Source of the DNA: Puccinia triticina
Taxonomy: Eukaryota
Assembly: GCA_026914245.1 (NCBI GenBank)
Contig: CP110439.1
Location: 8,556,001-8,620,000 of the forward strand
Direction: 5' to 3'
Length of the DNA: 64,000 nt
Shown here: piece by piece, positions 27,038 to 39,895 of the stretch
How positions within the stretch are numbered: position 1 is the first letter of the stretch
Layout: each line of letters starts with the position of its first letter
The notes under the pieces: model-generated
What the model was told of the DNA's origin: nothing
Database searches by the model: none
Seen by the model: only the letters and a program-made list of their open reading frames with translations
Made by a program: the position numbers and the translations under genes

Positions 27038-28235
27038 GACCACTGGCTTGTGGGGGCTACAGAAGAGATAATTAGATGATTCCAAAGCCGAAAATTATTT
27101 TTATAACCAATAACAAAAATATTCCCAGCTTTTGGATCATCTAAATAACTCTACTTTAGCCCCACTGGCTGGTGGTTGGTTTTAAAGTGTATACTTTTTT
27201 GAAAAGCGTGTGATTTATCAAGGACCACTAGCTTGTTGTGGCTACAGAAGAGATAATTAGATGATTCCAAAGGTGGGAATCACTTTTACAAACTATAAGA
27301 AATTCATTGCCAGCTTTGGAATCATCTCATTATCTCTACTGTAGCCCCACCGGCTAGTGGTTAGTGTGAAAGTGTATACTTTTTGAAAAACATGTGATTT
27401 AATGAGGACCACTAGCTGGCTGGGGCTACAGAAGAGATAATTAGATGATTCAAAAGCTGGGAATAATTTTCATATTGTTTGTAAAAATGATTCCCAGCTT
27501 TGGAATCATCTCATTATCTCTACTGTAGCCCCACTGGCTAGTGGTTAGTGTTAAAGTGTATACTTTTTGAAAAACATGTGATTTATTGAGGACCACTAGC
27601 TGGCTGGGGCTACAGAAGCAATAATGAGATGATTCCAAAGCTGGGAATCATTTTTACAAACAATATGAAAATTATCTCCAGCTTTTGAATCATCTAATTA
27701 TCTCTTCTGTAGCCCCAGCCAGCTAGTGGTCCTCAATAAATCACATGTTTTTCAAAAAGTATACACTTTAACACTAACCACTAGCCAGTGGGGCTACAGT
27801 AGAGATAATGAGATGATTCCAAAGCTGGCAATGAATTTCTTATAGTTTGTAAAAGTGATTCCCACCTTTGGAATCATCTAATTATCTCTTCTGTAGCCAC
27901 AACAAGCTAGTGGTCCTTGATAAATCACACGCTTTTCAAAAAAGTATACACTTTAAAACCAACCACCAGCCAGTGGGGCTAAAGTAGAGTTATTTAGATG
28001 ATTCAAAAGCTGGGAATATTTTTGTTATTGGTTATAAAAATAATTCCCGGCTTTGGAATCATCTAATTATCTCTGCTGTAGCCCCAGCCAGCTAGTGGTC
28101 CTCAACAAATCACATGTTTTTCAAAAAGTATACACTTTAACACTGCCAACTGGCCAGTGGGGCTACAGTAGAGAAAATGAGATGATTCCAAATCTGGGAA
28201 TAATCTTTACAAACAACATATGAAAATTATTTCCC
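27038..28235. repeat. Array of ~184-bp hairpin-plus-linker units forming a large inverted repeat inside the KDZ element
   Basis: GACCACT unit starts at 27038, 27223, 27407 and 27591; each unit has GATGATTCCAAAG..CTTTGGAATCATC arms; 27053-27517 is nearly the reverse complement of 27621-28085. Confidence 0.95.
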
Positions 28236-29095
28236 GCTTTGCAATTCCCCCCATTACACAATCCAACCCTCCACTCTTCTCACTTTGACTTGCACCAAAA
28301 ACACATCTTACCTTTTCAAGCAATCAGAATTCTGGAATTTTGATTTTTATATTAACATCATAAAACTTAAAAAGGTAAAAAATTTCAAGCTGCCTGGCTT
28401 TGGAATTGAAATAATAATCCTCCTACACTCTCCCACACACTTTGTTCTACTGGCCCCTAGTAGCCCAACGTAATGCTCAATAACCTATAACTTTTGAAGC
28501 AATTGAAAGTCTTCATATATTGCACAGCAATTGCGAGCGCGGCGCTGGACATCCATCGGCTCCCGCCCAGCTTGATGATCTCTGCCGATAGGTTTAGCTA
28601 GTAAAAGAGGACACGCGGCGAGCCACAGAAACGCGGCTGGCGGGCAGTTGTGTCCAGCGCGCCGCAGTCGTACTGTCGAATTGCACGTAATTCGACAGTA
28701 CAACTGCGGTGCATACCACACCTTAGCTTAACACTGCTGCCGCGAGGCCCGCGAGTCCAGCGCGCCGCCTGTCGGAGGTTTGTCAGGGGGCTTGAAGCCG
28801 CCTGGCGGGTCTTGTGGCGGCACCAGCTTCGGACAACTTGTCCAGCTTCTGTAACCTTAAACGTGTTCGTGCGGCTGCAATCACGGGTCGGCCATCATCC
28901 CGATCAAGACGAGAGATTTCCACTCTTCTGCTCAGGGTAAGTCCCTTTTTTCATAACTCTACTTGGCTTGGACTGATTCATTGTTTGGCCAGTAAAAAAG
29001 CCTGCCGTTTGCCAGAAGGAAGACCGGTCACCGATTTGTCCGCTGCAATCCCTTGCCTTCTTTGGAATAGTACCTCCTGGATCTCCGCCTGAAAA

Positions 29096-32026
29096 ATGCG
29101 ACCACCCACTTTTGCACAAGGTCACACCTTCAGTCAGACTTGCCCCCAACCGTTGTACCACACTTCAACCACGGGTTCGCAGCAAATATGCCACAACGGT
29201 CAAAATTATCAGCAATTGAGTGCGGATGTTGGCTACCAGAATTCAAACCACAGTTCCTCGCATCAGTCACCTGGTCAGCTCACCTCTTATCAGCAAACCA
29301 ATACGCCCTATCAGCAAACCAATACGCCCTATCAGCAAACCAGTACACGCACCACCTATTCCCCAGTTACGACTGCCAATCATTGCTCAACAGATCCAGC
29401 CACCACCTATCGGCAAACTGGTACCTACCCGCCACACCCCAATTTCAATCATCGGCCAACAAATCCACCCGCGCCAACCTACAATTACAGCCAGGGAAGC
29501 TCAACAGGGACGCACTCAAAACCAACACCCCCCAACCACGTCGACCTCTCTAATGATTCCCCGTCTCCCGAGAGTACCACCCGGACTGGGTACTATGTGT
29601 TTCCGGACTATCCATCTATTGATCATATCAACAATCTTTTACAGAATCCCAACCTATCATTTGCCGATCGCTTCCTTTTAGAAGCTGCTTGAAAGGGGAA
29701 GGAAATGCGTCAGGAGAACTCGGGCAATCTTTCTTTTGATGGAACCAGCCAACGTACTCCAGAAATAGATACTACCATTCCAATCTTGCCTCAAGTTAAC
29801 AAATCATCCAAGCCTGCTATTTCACCACCACCAAACGCATCTTGCAACGACCGGCCCGCCAGCTTTCAGACCTCCCATCCAATGAACCAATTCTCACAAA
29901 ACACTCGAACGACCCAATTTCCATCTGCAGCTGCATCTTGCAAACCAACGGCCAAAAAAAAACGAACTGAAGATTCTTCAACCGCTCTCCCAAGGAGAAG
30001 CAACATGTCAAAATCTCGAATCGCAGTGTTGGACGTTCCTTCTGAAAACTCTGCCTTAATATCCGCTCCATCAGACCTTCCTGCCGATAAATCAATAGTA
30101 TCAGTTGTGACCGACATTCCTCCCGATCAATCTTGCTTGCTGTCACCCCCTTCCAACAGCACCAATTTGCAAACCAACAACAACAACAAAAAACCAACCA
30201 GAAAGAGAGATCGTCTAGACCCCGAACTCATGGATTCTTTGAAGAGCTTAGAGTTGGACCAATTACGCAAGAAGATTGCAACACACTCGAAGTACAAGCG
30301 ACTGACTCCAGACGATTGTCTTGCACTTAGTTCAGCTTATCATGAATACCAGAAGACGATCCATCGAATTGCTGTTGAGCGACTTCTCTGTCTTTCACCT
30401 GTTTTGAAGTATCTGGGAAGCAAGAATCGATTTAAAGGCTCAACCAATTACAACAACTTCTGTGAATATGATGTTGAAGCTCGGAAAGCATTCTTCAACT
30501 GTAGGTATTTGGTACTCTTGCCCTTGTCTGCGGGAATGATAATTTCTGACAATAAATTCTGTCTACCAAAACAGATAAGGTCCCCCTATCTGAGCTGAAA
30601 AAAGCATGTGGTCGCCTCTGGAAAGCGGTTGACCCCGACACCAAGCAGAAATACAAAGACCCTGATTTCTTGGCTTCACTTCCTAACCCGTTTGGACGAG
30701 ATGAGGAGACTGGAGCACCTCCTACTACCAACCAAACCAAGAAGAGGGCCCAAAGATTCTGCGCCGCTGAAACCAAACGCTGGAGCAGCAAAGTTATTCT
30801 TGATGTAAGATTTTGCTTCAAATCTTTAATTAAAAATATTCGTGTATGCTAATTAGCCTCAACGATTTTCAGCTAAAAAACTTAGGAGCTGCGCACGAAG
30901 TGGAGGGACTGTTGATGGTGGTAAAGCCAGGCGCTAACGGCAAACCACCAAAACTCATTTGTGGTGGAAGCCACCTTGGTGTCCAATTCCTGGACATGTT
31001 TTCAAAAGAGATGGATCCTTGCGCAAGCTTCTTGTCGTTTGTTAGCGGGCAGGAAGTCATAAGGAAGGCATCGGGTAAAACTACCTCTGTAGTTACATCA
31101 AGAAAACGGCGTAATGGCAAGGATGATATGCCTGATTGTGAATACGACTTAGGTATGTTTTTATTTTGCTAACAAGACTTATTATTTCTGTCTTGACTGA
31201 AACAAGGGGATAATTTACAGGCACGAAGGAAAATAACTATCAGGCAGTGAAAGCAAAACTGAATGCACTCATTGGTAAGTCATGTATTGTGGTACAAGCA
31301 AAAAAAATACCGATGGACTCATCTGGCCTTTCCAAATCAACAGCCAAAGCAACCTTTAATTCAATCCAGGCATGGCCTGGTAAAACTGCCGCTGGCCTGA
31401 AAGCTGCTGGCTTGACCCTTCGATTGAACCTCGACCACCCCGATATTTCTGTGCTCAACTTCTGCGGCAAACCTTCAGACATGAAAAACGGTCAATTGCA
31501 ACGCATTTTGACTGCATTTGGGGCTGGTGAGGTGGAACTGATCAACACCAAACAAAAGGAGGCTCCACCAGCAACTTTGGGTGCTGATTTAACCTCATTG
31601 AAGAGGGTCAAACGATTGGCAAAGAAAGTCAAATCAAATCCAACTACCAAACAAACCCCAAAAAGGACGAACATACACGAGAGTTCCCCACCAACCTTGT
31701 CAAATGAGACAAAAGAATGCTCACAGTCAAAGGCCGCGAAATCGAAATTGGCTAATCGCAAGCGGCAATCAAAATCAACTTCAAAACCATCAATCAAAGC
31801 CCCTCCCCAAAAAAAGCGGAAGATGGCTGTGAATTCCTCCGACTCAGAGGATGCGGGCAAGATAATTGATAACCTTTGGAGGTTTTCCGATGAGGATGAG
31901 GAGAAGGAGGAGGAGGAGGACGAAGACAGCGATGACAGCAAAGACATCTTTGACAACCACGATGATGACGACATCTTTGAAAATGACGATGAGGATGAAG
32001 ATGGCGACGGTGCAGATGAAAGCTGA
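29096..32026 (+). CDS. KDZ accessory gene: HMG-box-like segment and acidic tail; in-frame TGA at 29690-29692
   Basis: Spliced ..STNYNNFCEYDVEARKAFFN / ..ELKKACGRLWKAVDPDTKQKYKDP resembles an HMG box; basic region followed by a D/E-rich C-terminus; introns near 30502, 30804, 31153 and 31275. True start uncertain. Confidence 0.65.
29288..29345 (+). repeat. 21-bp tandem repeat x~2.7 (YQQTNTP)
   Basis: TATCAGCAAACCAATACGCCC repeated in frame. Confidence 0.9.
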
Positions 32027-32375
32027 TAAATATTTTTTCCTTGGTTTATTTCTTTTTCTTATATTGTGTTCCTTGTTTCTTAAAATATATAATGAAGATC
32101 AAAAACTTTGATGTGTGAAAGTACTACTCATACAAGCATTGAAAACAATGAAAGATGGCATTCACAACTAAATCAACCCCAAGCAGAAGTGACGAGCATC
32201 CTGCAGGGTGCGGTCCTCCTTAGCTGTGTAGTACATCATCAAACTGGCTATGTGTAGTTGTTTCAGGCCGGTGTGATGAACTTAATGATGTGCCGGTCAA
32301 ATGTAGTATGGCTGGGTGTGATGTTGTGATGGCCGAGGTGAGGTAGCTATGTAGTGGGTGAGTGTCTATGGCCAG

Positions 32376-32551
32376 GGTTATACGGATGAGAGGAGGGAAC
32401 TTAAATTTTTCCCTTGTCCGAGCTACCTGGAGTCTGCAGTGCTCCTGGGTCCCTCAGGGTTTTTATTTTAGTGGTAGTGGTACGGTCTACGTAGTATGCA
32501 CAGGTCTGCAGAGGTATGGCAAAGTATAGTACATACAGTTGACCACAGGTG
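32376..32551. repeat. Right TIR of the KDZ element
   Basis: Reverse complement of 22504-22679. Confidence 0.95.
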
Positions 32552-34098
32552 GGGGTGCTTCTCAAAGACTTGATTGAAACTTACAAACTTTCCAAAACCC
32601 CCTTAGACCCACTTTATATTTGGGCATGACTGATGTTGCGACAACCGATCCTCATGGGGGCATCCTAGAGCCTCAGGGCAGAGGGCTCACACATGGTGTG
32701 ATGTTGTCCACTGGTTTAATGATGCATCACATTGCGACAGCTACGATTCATATGCAACGTGCAAGCACAAACAGTCCACACTCCGATGGCCGGCGGCGAG
32801 AGCGGGCTCACACCTGAGCAGTCATGGAACATGGTTGTTGAGCGAGAGTGGTGATGACTGATGAGGCAGATTCGAGCGGAGCGCTCACCACAAGACTAGG
32901 GGGAGGAGCGGCTTCGCCGGCAGTGGGTGTGGTTTTGATAAGTCCAAAGCAGATGATGTCTCCGGCTCAGGACAAGAAAAAATAAACAACCGAGCAGCTC
33001 ACGGCCAGGAGGCTCCAGCTGACCTCAACACTGTCACAAGCCCCCGATTCCCTGATTCGAGCCGGGTTTGGAACCTCGCGCGTGTTGGATTGTGCCGATG
33101 TGAGACAGTGATCCTGCCACTGCAAGGCTGCGGCTGAAAACTTTGCTAGGCTCGGCCTCCGGCCAGAAACCTCCGGCACTGATTTGAAATTGTACGGCTG
33201 GCCAGGCCGGCTCGTGCGCCTGCGGCCTATAAGCGTGTGCTGCTTCCTGCGTCAGCCGAGCCCGTGGATACTATCAGCATTGCCGCCAATACCATGGGGC
33301 CTCGTCCTCATCCATACACTACGTTCCGAAAAGTGGACATATGGGAGCGACTGGGTCGCCTTCTCTGTCAGATAAGGCGGCTCGCCGGCGGGACCACTAG
33401 GTCAGGCCAGTCAGTTGGACCTACTGCTACCAAAACTGTGCGCGCAAACTGGAACCTGGCTGTTGGGTAGGCCCAGTGTCAAACATTTCTTTTGTACCTC
33501 AAGACATACTCCCTGCCTAAGCGTGAATGATGGACATCGAAGGTCATCAAGCGCAGCACATAGACAAACTCATTGGTCATTCCCCAAATTGATGCGTTTT
33601 GATTAATTTGTTACCGTTATTAAGCCAAGAAGACAAAAAAGAAATCAGTTTGGCCTGAAGTGTATATTTTAAGAATTTTATGAACATAAACACATGTACA
33701 TATGCAAATATATATACAAATTACATATTTATTAGTAAAAACTGAAACATCACAACACTTTGCATACCCCACCCTTAACACTCACAGTGATAATAATAAT
33801 AATAATGAAAAAGTAGATGATAAACCACTTCTTTTGAAGACTCTCATCTCCACCTATCCCCCAAGAAAGAAGGAAATCGACTAAAACATACATATTTGGA
33901 ACATAGAAGAAAATGGAAGAGGACAGGTCACACGAAGAAGGGTGACGAGAAGAGGACGACGAACAACACCAAAAAAAATAGTGAGATCGATCTACATTAT
34001 TGACAAAGGATAGGAAAAGGTCGAGAGAGTTCATTCGAAAAACGCATATGTTCGATTATCCTGAAGTGAACGAGGAGGGTAAGGGGAGGCGGTTTGGA

Positions 34099-37061
34099 TC
34101 AATGGTGGTTGGGGTAGTGGACAGGGGGATGGTGGATGGGTTGGGCAGAATTGGCTCCAGCAAAGGCAGCATTCAAGGCAGCCTGGCGGAGCTGTAGCTG
34201 ACCATGAGTGGGGAGAGCGGGGTTAGGGGCCTGGTTAGGATTAGTAGCCCCATTGTTGTTGTTCGTCTGCTTGACGGGCGTGGGTCCGTTGCTCGGAGTG
34301 ACATCGAGGCACTTAAATAGCTTCTGGATGTCCGTTCGGACAGCCGCCGATACGTTACTCAAGCCTTCGTCTAGTAGGAGCGTGAAGCTGTGAGTCTGGA
34401 TTACCGATTTCTACTCGACAAAGAAAAAAATTGGTGCGCATGTGTCAGAATACATCTGATCGACTTGTTTGAAAGCATAGAAATATGTAGCTCACCCACT
34501 AGCCAGCGGATACCATCAATTGATCGAAGGATTCACTGTCAGCGACTGGCCCGCGGACTTGGAGGGATGGATCAGCATAACAATACTCACGTTGCTTTTC
34601 AAAAACTCGAACGCTAGCTGGCGGACCCGGTCATACTTTCCAAGAAACGAGCTGGCGAGCTCGATACAGATATTGTCGACTTGAAGTGACCTCATGAACT
34701 GATCCAAGGCTTCTTGCCTGAGTTCAGGCAATTGCAACACTATTCATGGAACGTTTCCAGGCGCCAGACAAAAAATAGGTCAGCCTTGCACTTGTAAATT
34801 CGAGCGAAGCCAGTCGAAACTCACTGTCAGCCAAGACAAACATTGACTTAGGTGACGTAGGCTGGAGCTCGTCCATCTCCATAGCCAACGAAAACTTGAC
34901 CGCATGCTCCCTGACAAACGCCGCCCTTCTTCCGGGCGAGCGGCCTTTAGCTTCCATTCTTTGTTTGTGTACCAACCAATTAGATCTCAACGGTGCCCAT
35001 GCGATTGAGCTAGAACAAAAAGATAAAAAATGTCAGGAAACGCTTATTCGTCATACAGCGCGAATAATGCACTGACTTGGAGTAAATGTATAAGAGAAGC
35101 GCCCGGTAGGTGGTGTAGGGAGTAGACGTAATGGTTACTCGGTGGATTCCCTTTTTGGGAGCCACATCATCCACCTCGATGTCATCGTCGACTTGGTTCT
35201 GTTTATCAGCCAGTTGGGATATCCGCCGTTTTTTGGAAGGTCGATCGGTCGTCGATGGTCCAAGGATTTGTTGACCGTCCGACAAGTTACCAACATCGGC
35301 GAGGGTGAGCTTGTGTTTAGTCATTGATAGGGGTAGGATGGGGGGAGCAGGAAGGGAATGAAAGGGAGGCGGATATGGTCGTGATGAATCGAAAACATCA
35401 ATGAGCGTTTGGACGCGTTTCAGAGACGATCATGAGAGATTGAACGAGTAGAGAATGAAGCTGGTATATAGTCGCTTGCAAGAGGACTGTTGACAAGCCA
35501 AGAGGCATAGTTGCTTGCAAGAAATCATCCAATCAGGTGGTCGTGATTGGGGGAGGGTTGTGGGGAGAAGGAATGGTTTCTGAGAAAGGATGAGAATGAA
35601 GTAAGTTTTTTCAACACTCACGTGATCTGCTGCCTGTTGCACTCCTCGCATCATGTCATCCAGATCATCCAGCTCAAAATCGGAGTCATCCTCATCATAC
35701 GCGGACCCATCGACCAACACACTGCGCCCGTCCGTCATGGCTGAATCATCGGCGATTGATGCCGTCGTTGATCTTTCTGCGACCGGTTGACCGGCAAAAT
35801 TAGAGCCGGGGGTGGACACCTCTTCCAGCTGCATCAACGCAGGAGAGAGGGAAATTTCGCCGGCTTCGACGGAGTCTGCCTGACTGTGGGCTTCGCCACT
35901 TTCGAGAAACCCAGACTCGAACACTTTTTATTTTTGATAGATCGTTCAGTCAGTCAGACAGCTGGCCAATCGGTCAACAATAGTAAACGATGAAGGAACG
36001 GGAACTGAACTAGTGTTGAAGTAGGGTAGCGATCGGATGATGTATTTTTGGGCGTAAATCGTTCGTACGCCTTTGCCCTTTCGTTTGGGAAAAACAAAAC
36101 ACACATCCGAACATTCTGGGTCATCGAAAAGCGTCGAAAATCTGGCTGACCTCCCGGCAAAGCGCTGTATGTCGCCAAAGGGGGATGGTTCTTTGTTTTC
36201 AAGGTATGAAGTGTGATGGGACAAGGGATCAGATTAGGGTGTGCGATGTAGTCAGCCCAGCTTGAGAGCTCACGAGTTGTTCGTCGTCGTTCCGAGAGAG
36301 TGACTTCAACAAACAGGGCTTTCTGTTGGTAGAAGATTTGTTTTGAGTAGAGGATTAATGGAGGGGGTGATGGATGAGTGGAGACTTGCCTCGATGATGA
36401 ACGCGGGATCCATGAAGAGTTTATCAAGCTTGATGTACTTGGCTTGGCCTCTTCGACTTTCGAGGCTAGCGTTGAAGGTATAGCCACCAGATATGTTCTT
36501 GTTGATCCCATAAGTGCCCCGGGAGAGAGGGGTTCCGAGCTTGAGTAGTGATGGGAGGTCAATACGGGTGCCTCCCTGTTCCTGGCATGGACAACGGATG
36601 GCTCTTACGGTGGCTGTACAGCTCTCGCATCTTCTGATCCAAGTTTTTGAGGTCAAGAGTTCGATGTCTTGCGCAGCTCCAAGGAAGACGCCAAGATAGC
36701 CTGGGTAGATAGAGAGGGGGTTGTCAATGGATGGCTGTATTTCGGGTGAAGTTGTTTCTTTTTTTTTTTTTTTTAGGTCTTTGGAGATGGACAGGTAGGT
36801 TACCAGGTGTTTTAGCAATCGTCCCGACTGAGATTTGCCATCGGTTGTCACCAAATGGTCTTGAGAGCAGTTTGACGGGTGAGTTCTCGAGCAGTTCTCT
36901 GGTGCAGTTTTCGAATGTCCATTCAAACTTGTACTGTGGGTGTGCTCAGTGGGAGATGGTGAGCTTGGATGGTGTGTTGGCTCGGTGCTGTGTTGACTTA
37001 CGTTTGCAGTCCAGAATTCGGTTCCGGGTTCCTCTCGCCACTCGATGGGTGAGATGATCAT
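34099..37061 (-). CDS. BTB/POZ-domain protein (split BTB; possible MATH-like N-terminus), multi-exon
   Basis: LFDDPECSDVCFVF..IYAQKYII..PYFNT / MFESGFLES, then VTITSTPYTTYRALLLYIY, PTSPKSMF and LPELRQEAL..NICIELASSF: a basidiomycete BTB architecture. Confidence 0.85.
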
Positions 37062-37612
37062 GGCTGGGTTCGAGGTGATGGGGGTGAGCAGGGTGAGGAG
37101 GGTGTTGATGGTGAGATGTGGGTGTGCTTGAGGTTGTGTGCGCTGGAGATGGGGCAGGTGGTCCTTTGAGCTGTGCTTGCCGAGCTCGGTAGCCAACTTG
37201 CCCAGAACCGCGCGAGTTCTGTATGTGTTGACTGTTGCAGGGTCTCACCAGTTTCACTGACACTGCCCGATCAGTCCCTTTTGGCAATCGACCACTGTAT
37301 CTTTTCGACTCGAGCGAACACTCCCTCATTGGCCTCATCAGCATCGGCAGACACATCGACCACAGACAGGTATTGTGTGTACATACAGATCTCCGTAGTC
37401 ATCCAAGACGGTCGACAGGAACTGACTCAAGTCCTCTTAGAACCATTCCAGCGCATCCCTGACTCCTTCACACACAAAGCCTCATTCTCAAATGGTTTGC
37501 GATCGAATTCATCACTCGTAAAATTCAACTCAAACAATATCTGCAACATAAAAGGGAAGGGAAGATAATCAAAGCAGTCTTTTTTTCTATCCCGACCCAC
37601 TTCCAATCAACT

Positions 37613-38136
37613 ATGGCTGGTCCGAATCTAGAACTGGCCAAGTTCGGAGTACGTCCCTCATTACACCTGAAAAAAAAAAAAAAACCATTCCTTCTCCAAA
37701 CAGGAAGCAACAACAGAAATCATCGACGGAGCCTGATATGTGTGTGGACCTTTTCTAGATGTACGTCTTTTTCCCCATCCTCGTCATGGTCCACTATGGC
37801 GACCCGGATTGGTACCACAAATACGTCCTACCCGACAGGTCGCAATTCCTCAAACTAGATAAAATGGCGCCGGTTGAGTCCTCCACCAAGAATATATCCT
37901 GTTTTTGAAAATTACTTAATCAGGTTCTGTTGACCTGATGATTTCTGCAGTCCCCTCCCAGGAACCGATCCGAGCTACAGCAAGAACTGGAACACTTTAG
38001 AAACCTCCGCGAAGAACGTAAACAGAAACAACACTATATTTCCTCATCAAGCACAGATCTACCACAGAACCCCTCCTCGCCCTCTTCTTCGCAACCGCAA
38101 TCAAGCTCGCAATCTCCAGAAACAAGACTCGTTTGA
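37613..38136 (+). CDS. PET100: Cytochrome c oxidase assembly factor Pet100 (multi-exon)
   Basis: MAGPNLELAKFG / MYVFFPILVMVHYGDPDWYHKYVLP..ELQQELEHFRNLREER matches the Pet100 N-terminal signature. Confidence 0.85.
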
Positions 38137-39422
38137 CATCTGTTGGCTCATCATCTCAAAAACCTTGAAATTTGCACCTCTCTGCAATCTCGAAGCTTGT
38201 ATTCATTCCTCTTGAATCAAAGGAAGTGTACGCTCGGCAAACATTGGTCTTGTGTTGTGTTTTTGCCTTTGTCTCCGGCGACAGCTCATGCGACCAATTG
38301 TCGTACATGGATAGCCCTTGACTAGGCTCGGGGGTTGGATTGGTGGCGGGCAGGCGTTGAATTCGATCGGACAGGGTCCGACCCTGGGGGAATACGAAGA
38401 CTGTAATTTTTGCGGATGAGAGCCGGGCGGAGATAGATGGTCAGGCTCTCAAATAACGTGCGATATCTGCATGTAATCTCATAGTTCAGATGCTTGGCAC
38501 CTGCAGGTGAGCTTTTTTTTGGAGGATGCCTCGGAGAAACCTGGCAAAACGATTCCGGATCGTCATCCTTTGAACCCCGGCCGGGCGTTTCACATGGCCT
38601 GGATTGGACATGCCGTCAACGCGTTTCTCACGTAGCAGCGCGTTTCACATGGTCTGGGTTGAACAGGTGGGCAGCTGTCGGCAGACTGTTAGTTCTGAAC
38701 TGCTCTGACAGGAAGCACGACGTCAGATGAAGAACATGTTGGCTCGGCCAGAGTCTTGTGTGTTCGGGCGCCCTCCGAATGCCGCTGTAGCGCTCAGCGG
38801 GGCGGGCGTGTTGAACAGAGATGAGGGCCCAGGTGATTCCCAACCAAGAACAAGGGGGCAAGGCATTTGATCGGGAGGGTCAGTGAGCATTCCCCCGACC
38901 AAGACACCGATCCATGTGCTAGCACTAGCAGATGACAGCCTTGCATGTTTAGTCTGAACACGATGGACAATTGATTTTTTGTGCGAGAGAGTCTGACGGC
39001 TGTTGGCCCTGCGAGCACGCCGAGCGGCGCCGAGCTTGGGTGGGTACATTATGTATGGTGTATTGCGGTGAGTGAGCTGAACAGCATGCCGGGGCCGAGG
39101 TGGCCTGTCAGGTGCTCTCACCCGAGTACAAATCAAATCAACCTACCTTCAATATTGTATTAGTGGATTTGATTTTTGTCAAGTTCTGTGCGGACAGGCG
39201 CGGACTGCTCGGCGCTGCATCCATGTTGGAGAAGGGAAAGAACGGTTCCTCTTGGAGGCCAGAGGAAGGGACGAGGCCGGTTGGAAAGGCATAAATAGCT
39301 GACCATCCCCCCGCTTCTTCTTACCCTCATCCGCTCACCCACCCGATTCAGACACACCTTCAGCCACTATCCCCATCACTTTCCCTTGAGCACCCCCCTG
39401 TTTCAAACCCCAGCCATCCAAC

Positions 39423-39895
39423 ATGCGTTTCACTGCTGTCGCCCTTGCTGCCACCCTGGCTCTCGTTCAAGCGTCTTCTGCCGAGCTCGCCGTTGAGAAG
39501 CGTGGTATTTTCGACTTCCTGATTCCTGGTGGAGGTTTCCCCGAAACCGGAATGTCGTGTGGCCACAATCGCAACCTCGTCGGCTTGGGCCTCGGCAACG
39601 CTAACACCTGCACGATGATGAACAACGGTGGTTCCACGGGTCCTATGCGATGTGGCGGAGCTGATTCCCTCGTCCAACTCGACCTCGGCAATTACAACGG
39701 TTGCACCATGATGTCGAGCCCCTCCGACGCCCTCATGAACCCAGCCACCAGTGGCTTCGGTGGTGGTGATTTCTTCGCCAAGAGCACCGATGTAAGTTTT
39801 TCAATCGGACTTGAACACTGGACACCCCACTGATTTGAACTCTTGTCTGGTCGCAGGACAAGAAGGTTGGTGCCGAAGACAAGAACAAAGCATAG
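39423..39895 (+). CDS. Small secreted cysteine-containing protein, candidate effector (copy 1; exons 39423-39791 and 39857-39895)
   Basis: Signal peptide, VEKR Kex2 site, 4 Cys, GTAAGT..CAG intron; TATA-like CATAAATA at ~39290. Confidence 0.85.

Larger units (their letters stand above)
22504..32551. mobile_element. Full-length KDZ (Kyakuja/Zisupton-type) DNA transposon
   Basis: 176-bp TIRs (22504-22679 and 32376-32551; one mismatch seen); perfect 8-bp TSD GGGGTGCT (22496-22503 and 32552-32559); internal KDZ transposase. Confidence 0.96.

Noticed and set aside
27038..28235. CRISPR-like repeat-spacer appearance
   Set aside because: Eukaryotic context and no cas genes; units are 184 bp and the 'spacers' are homologous to one another.
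31492..31974. 160-aa antisense ORF
   Set aside because: Shadow of the low-complexity acidic tail on the + strand.
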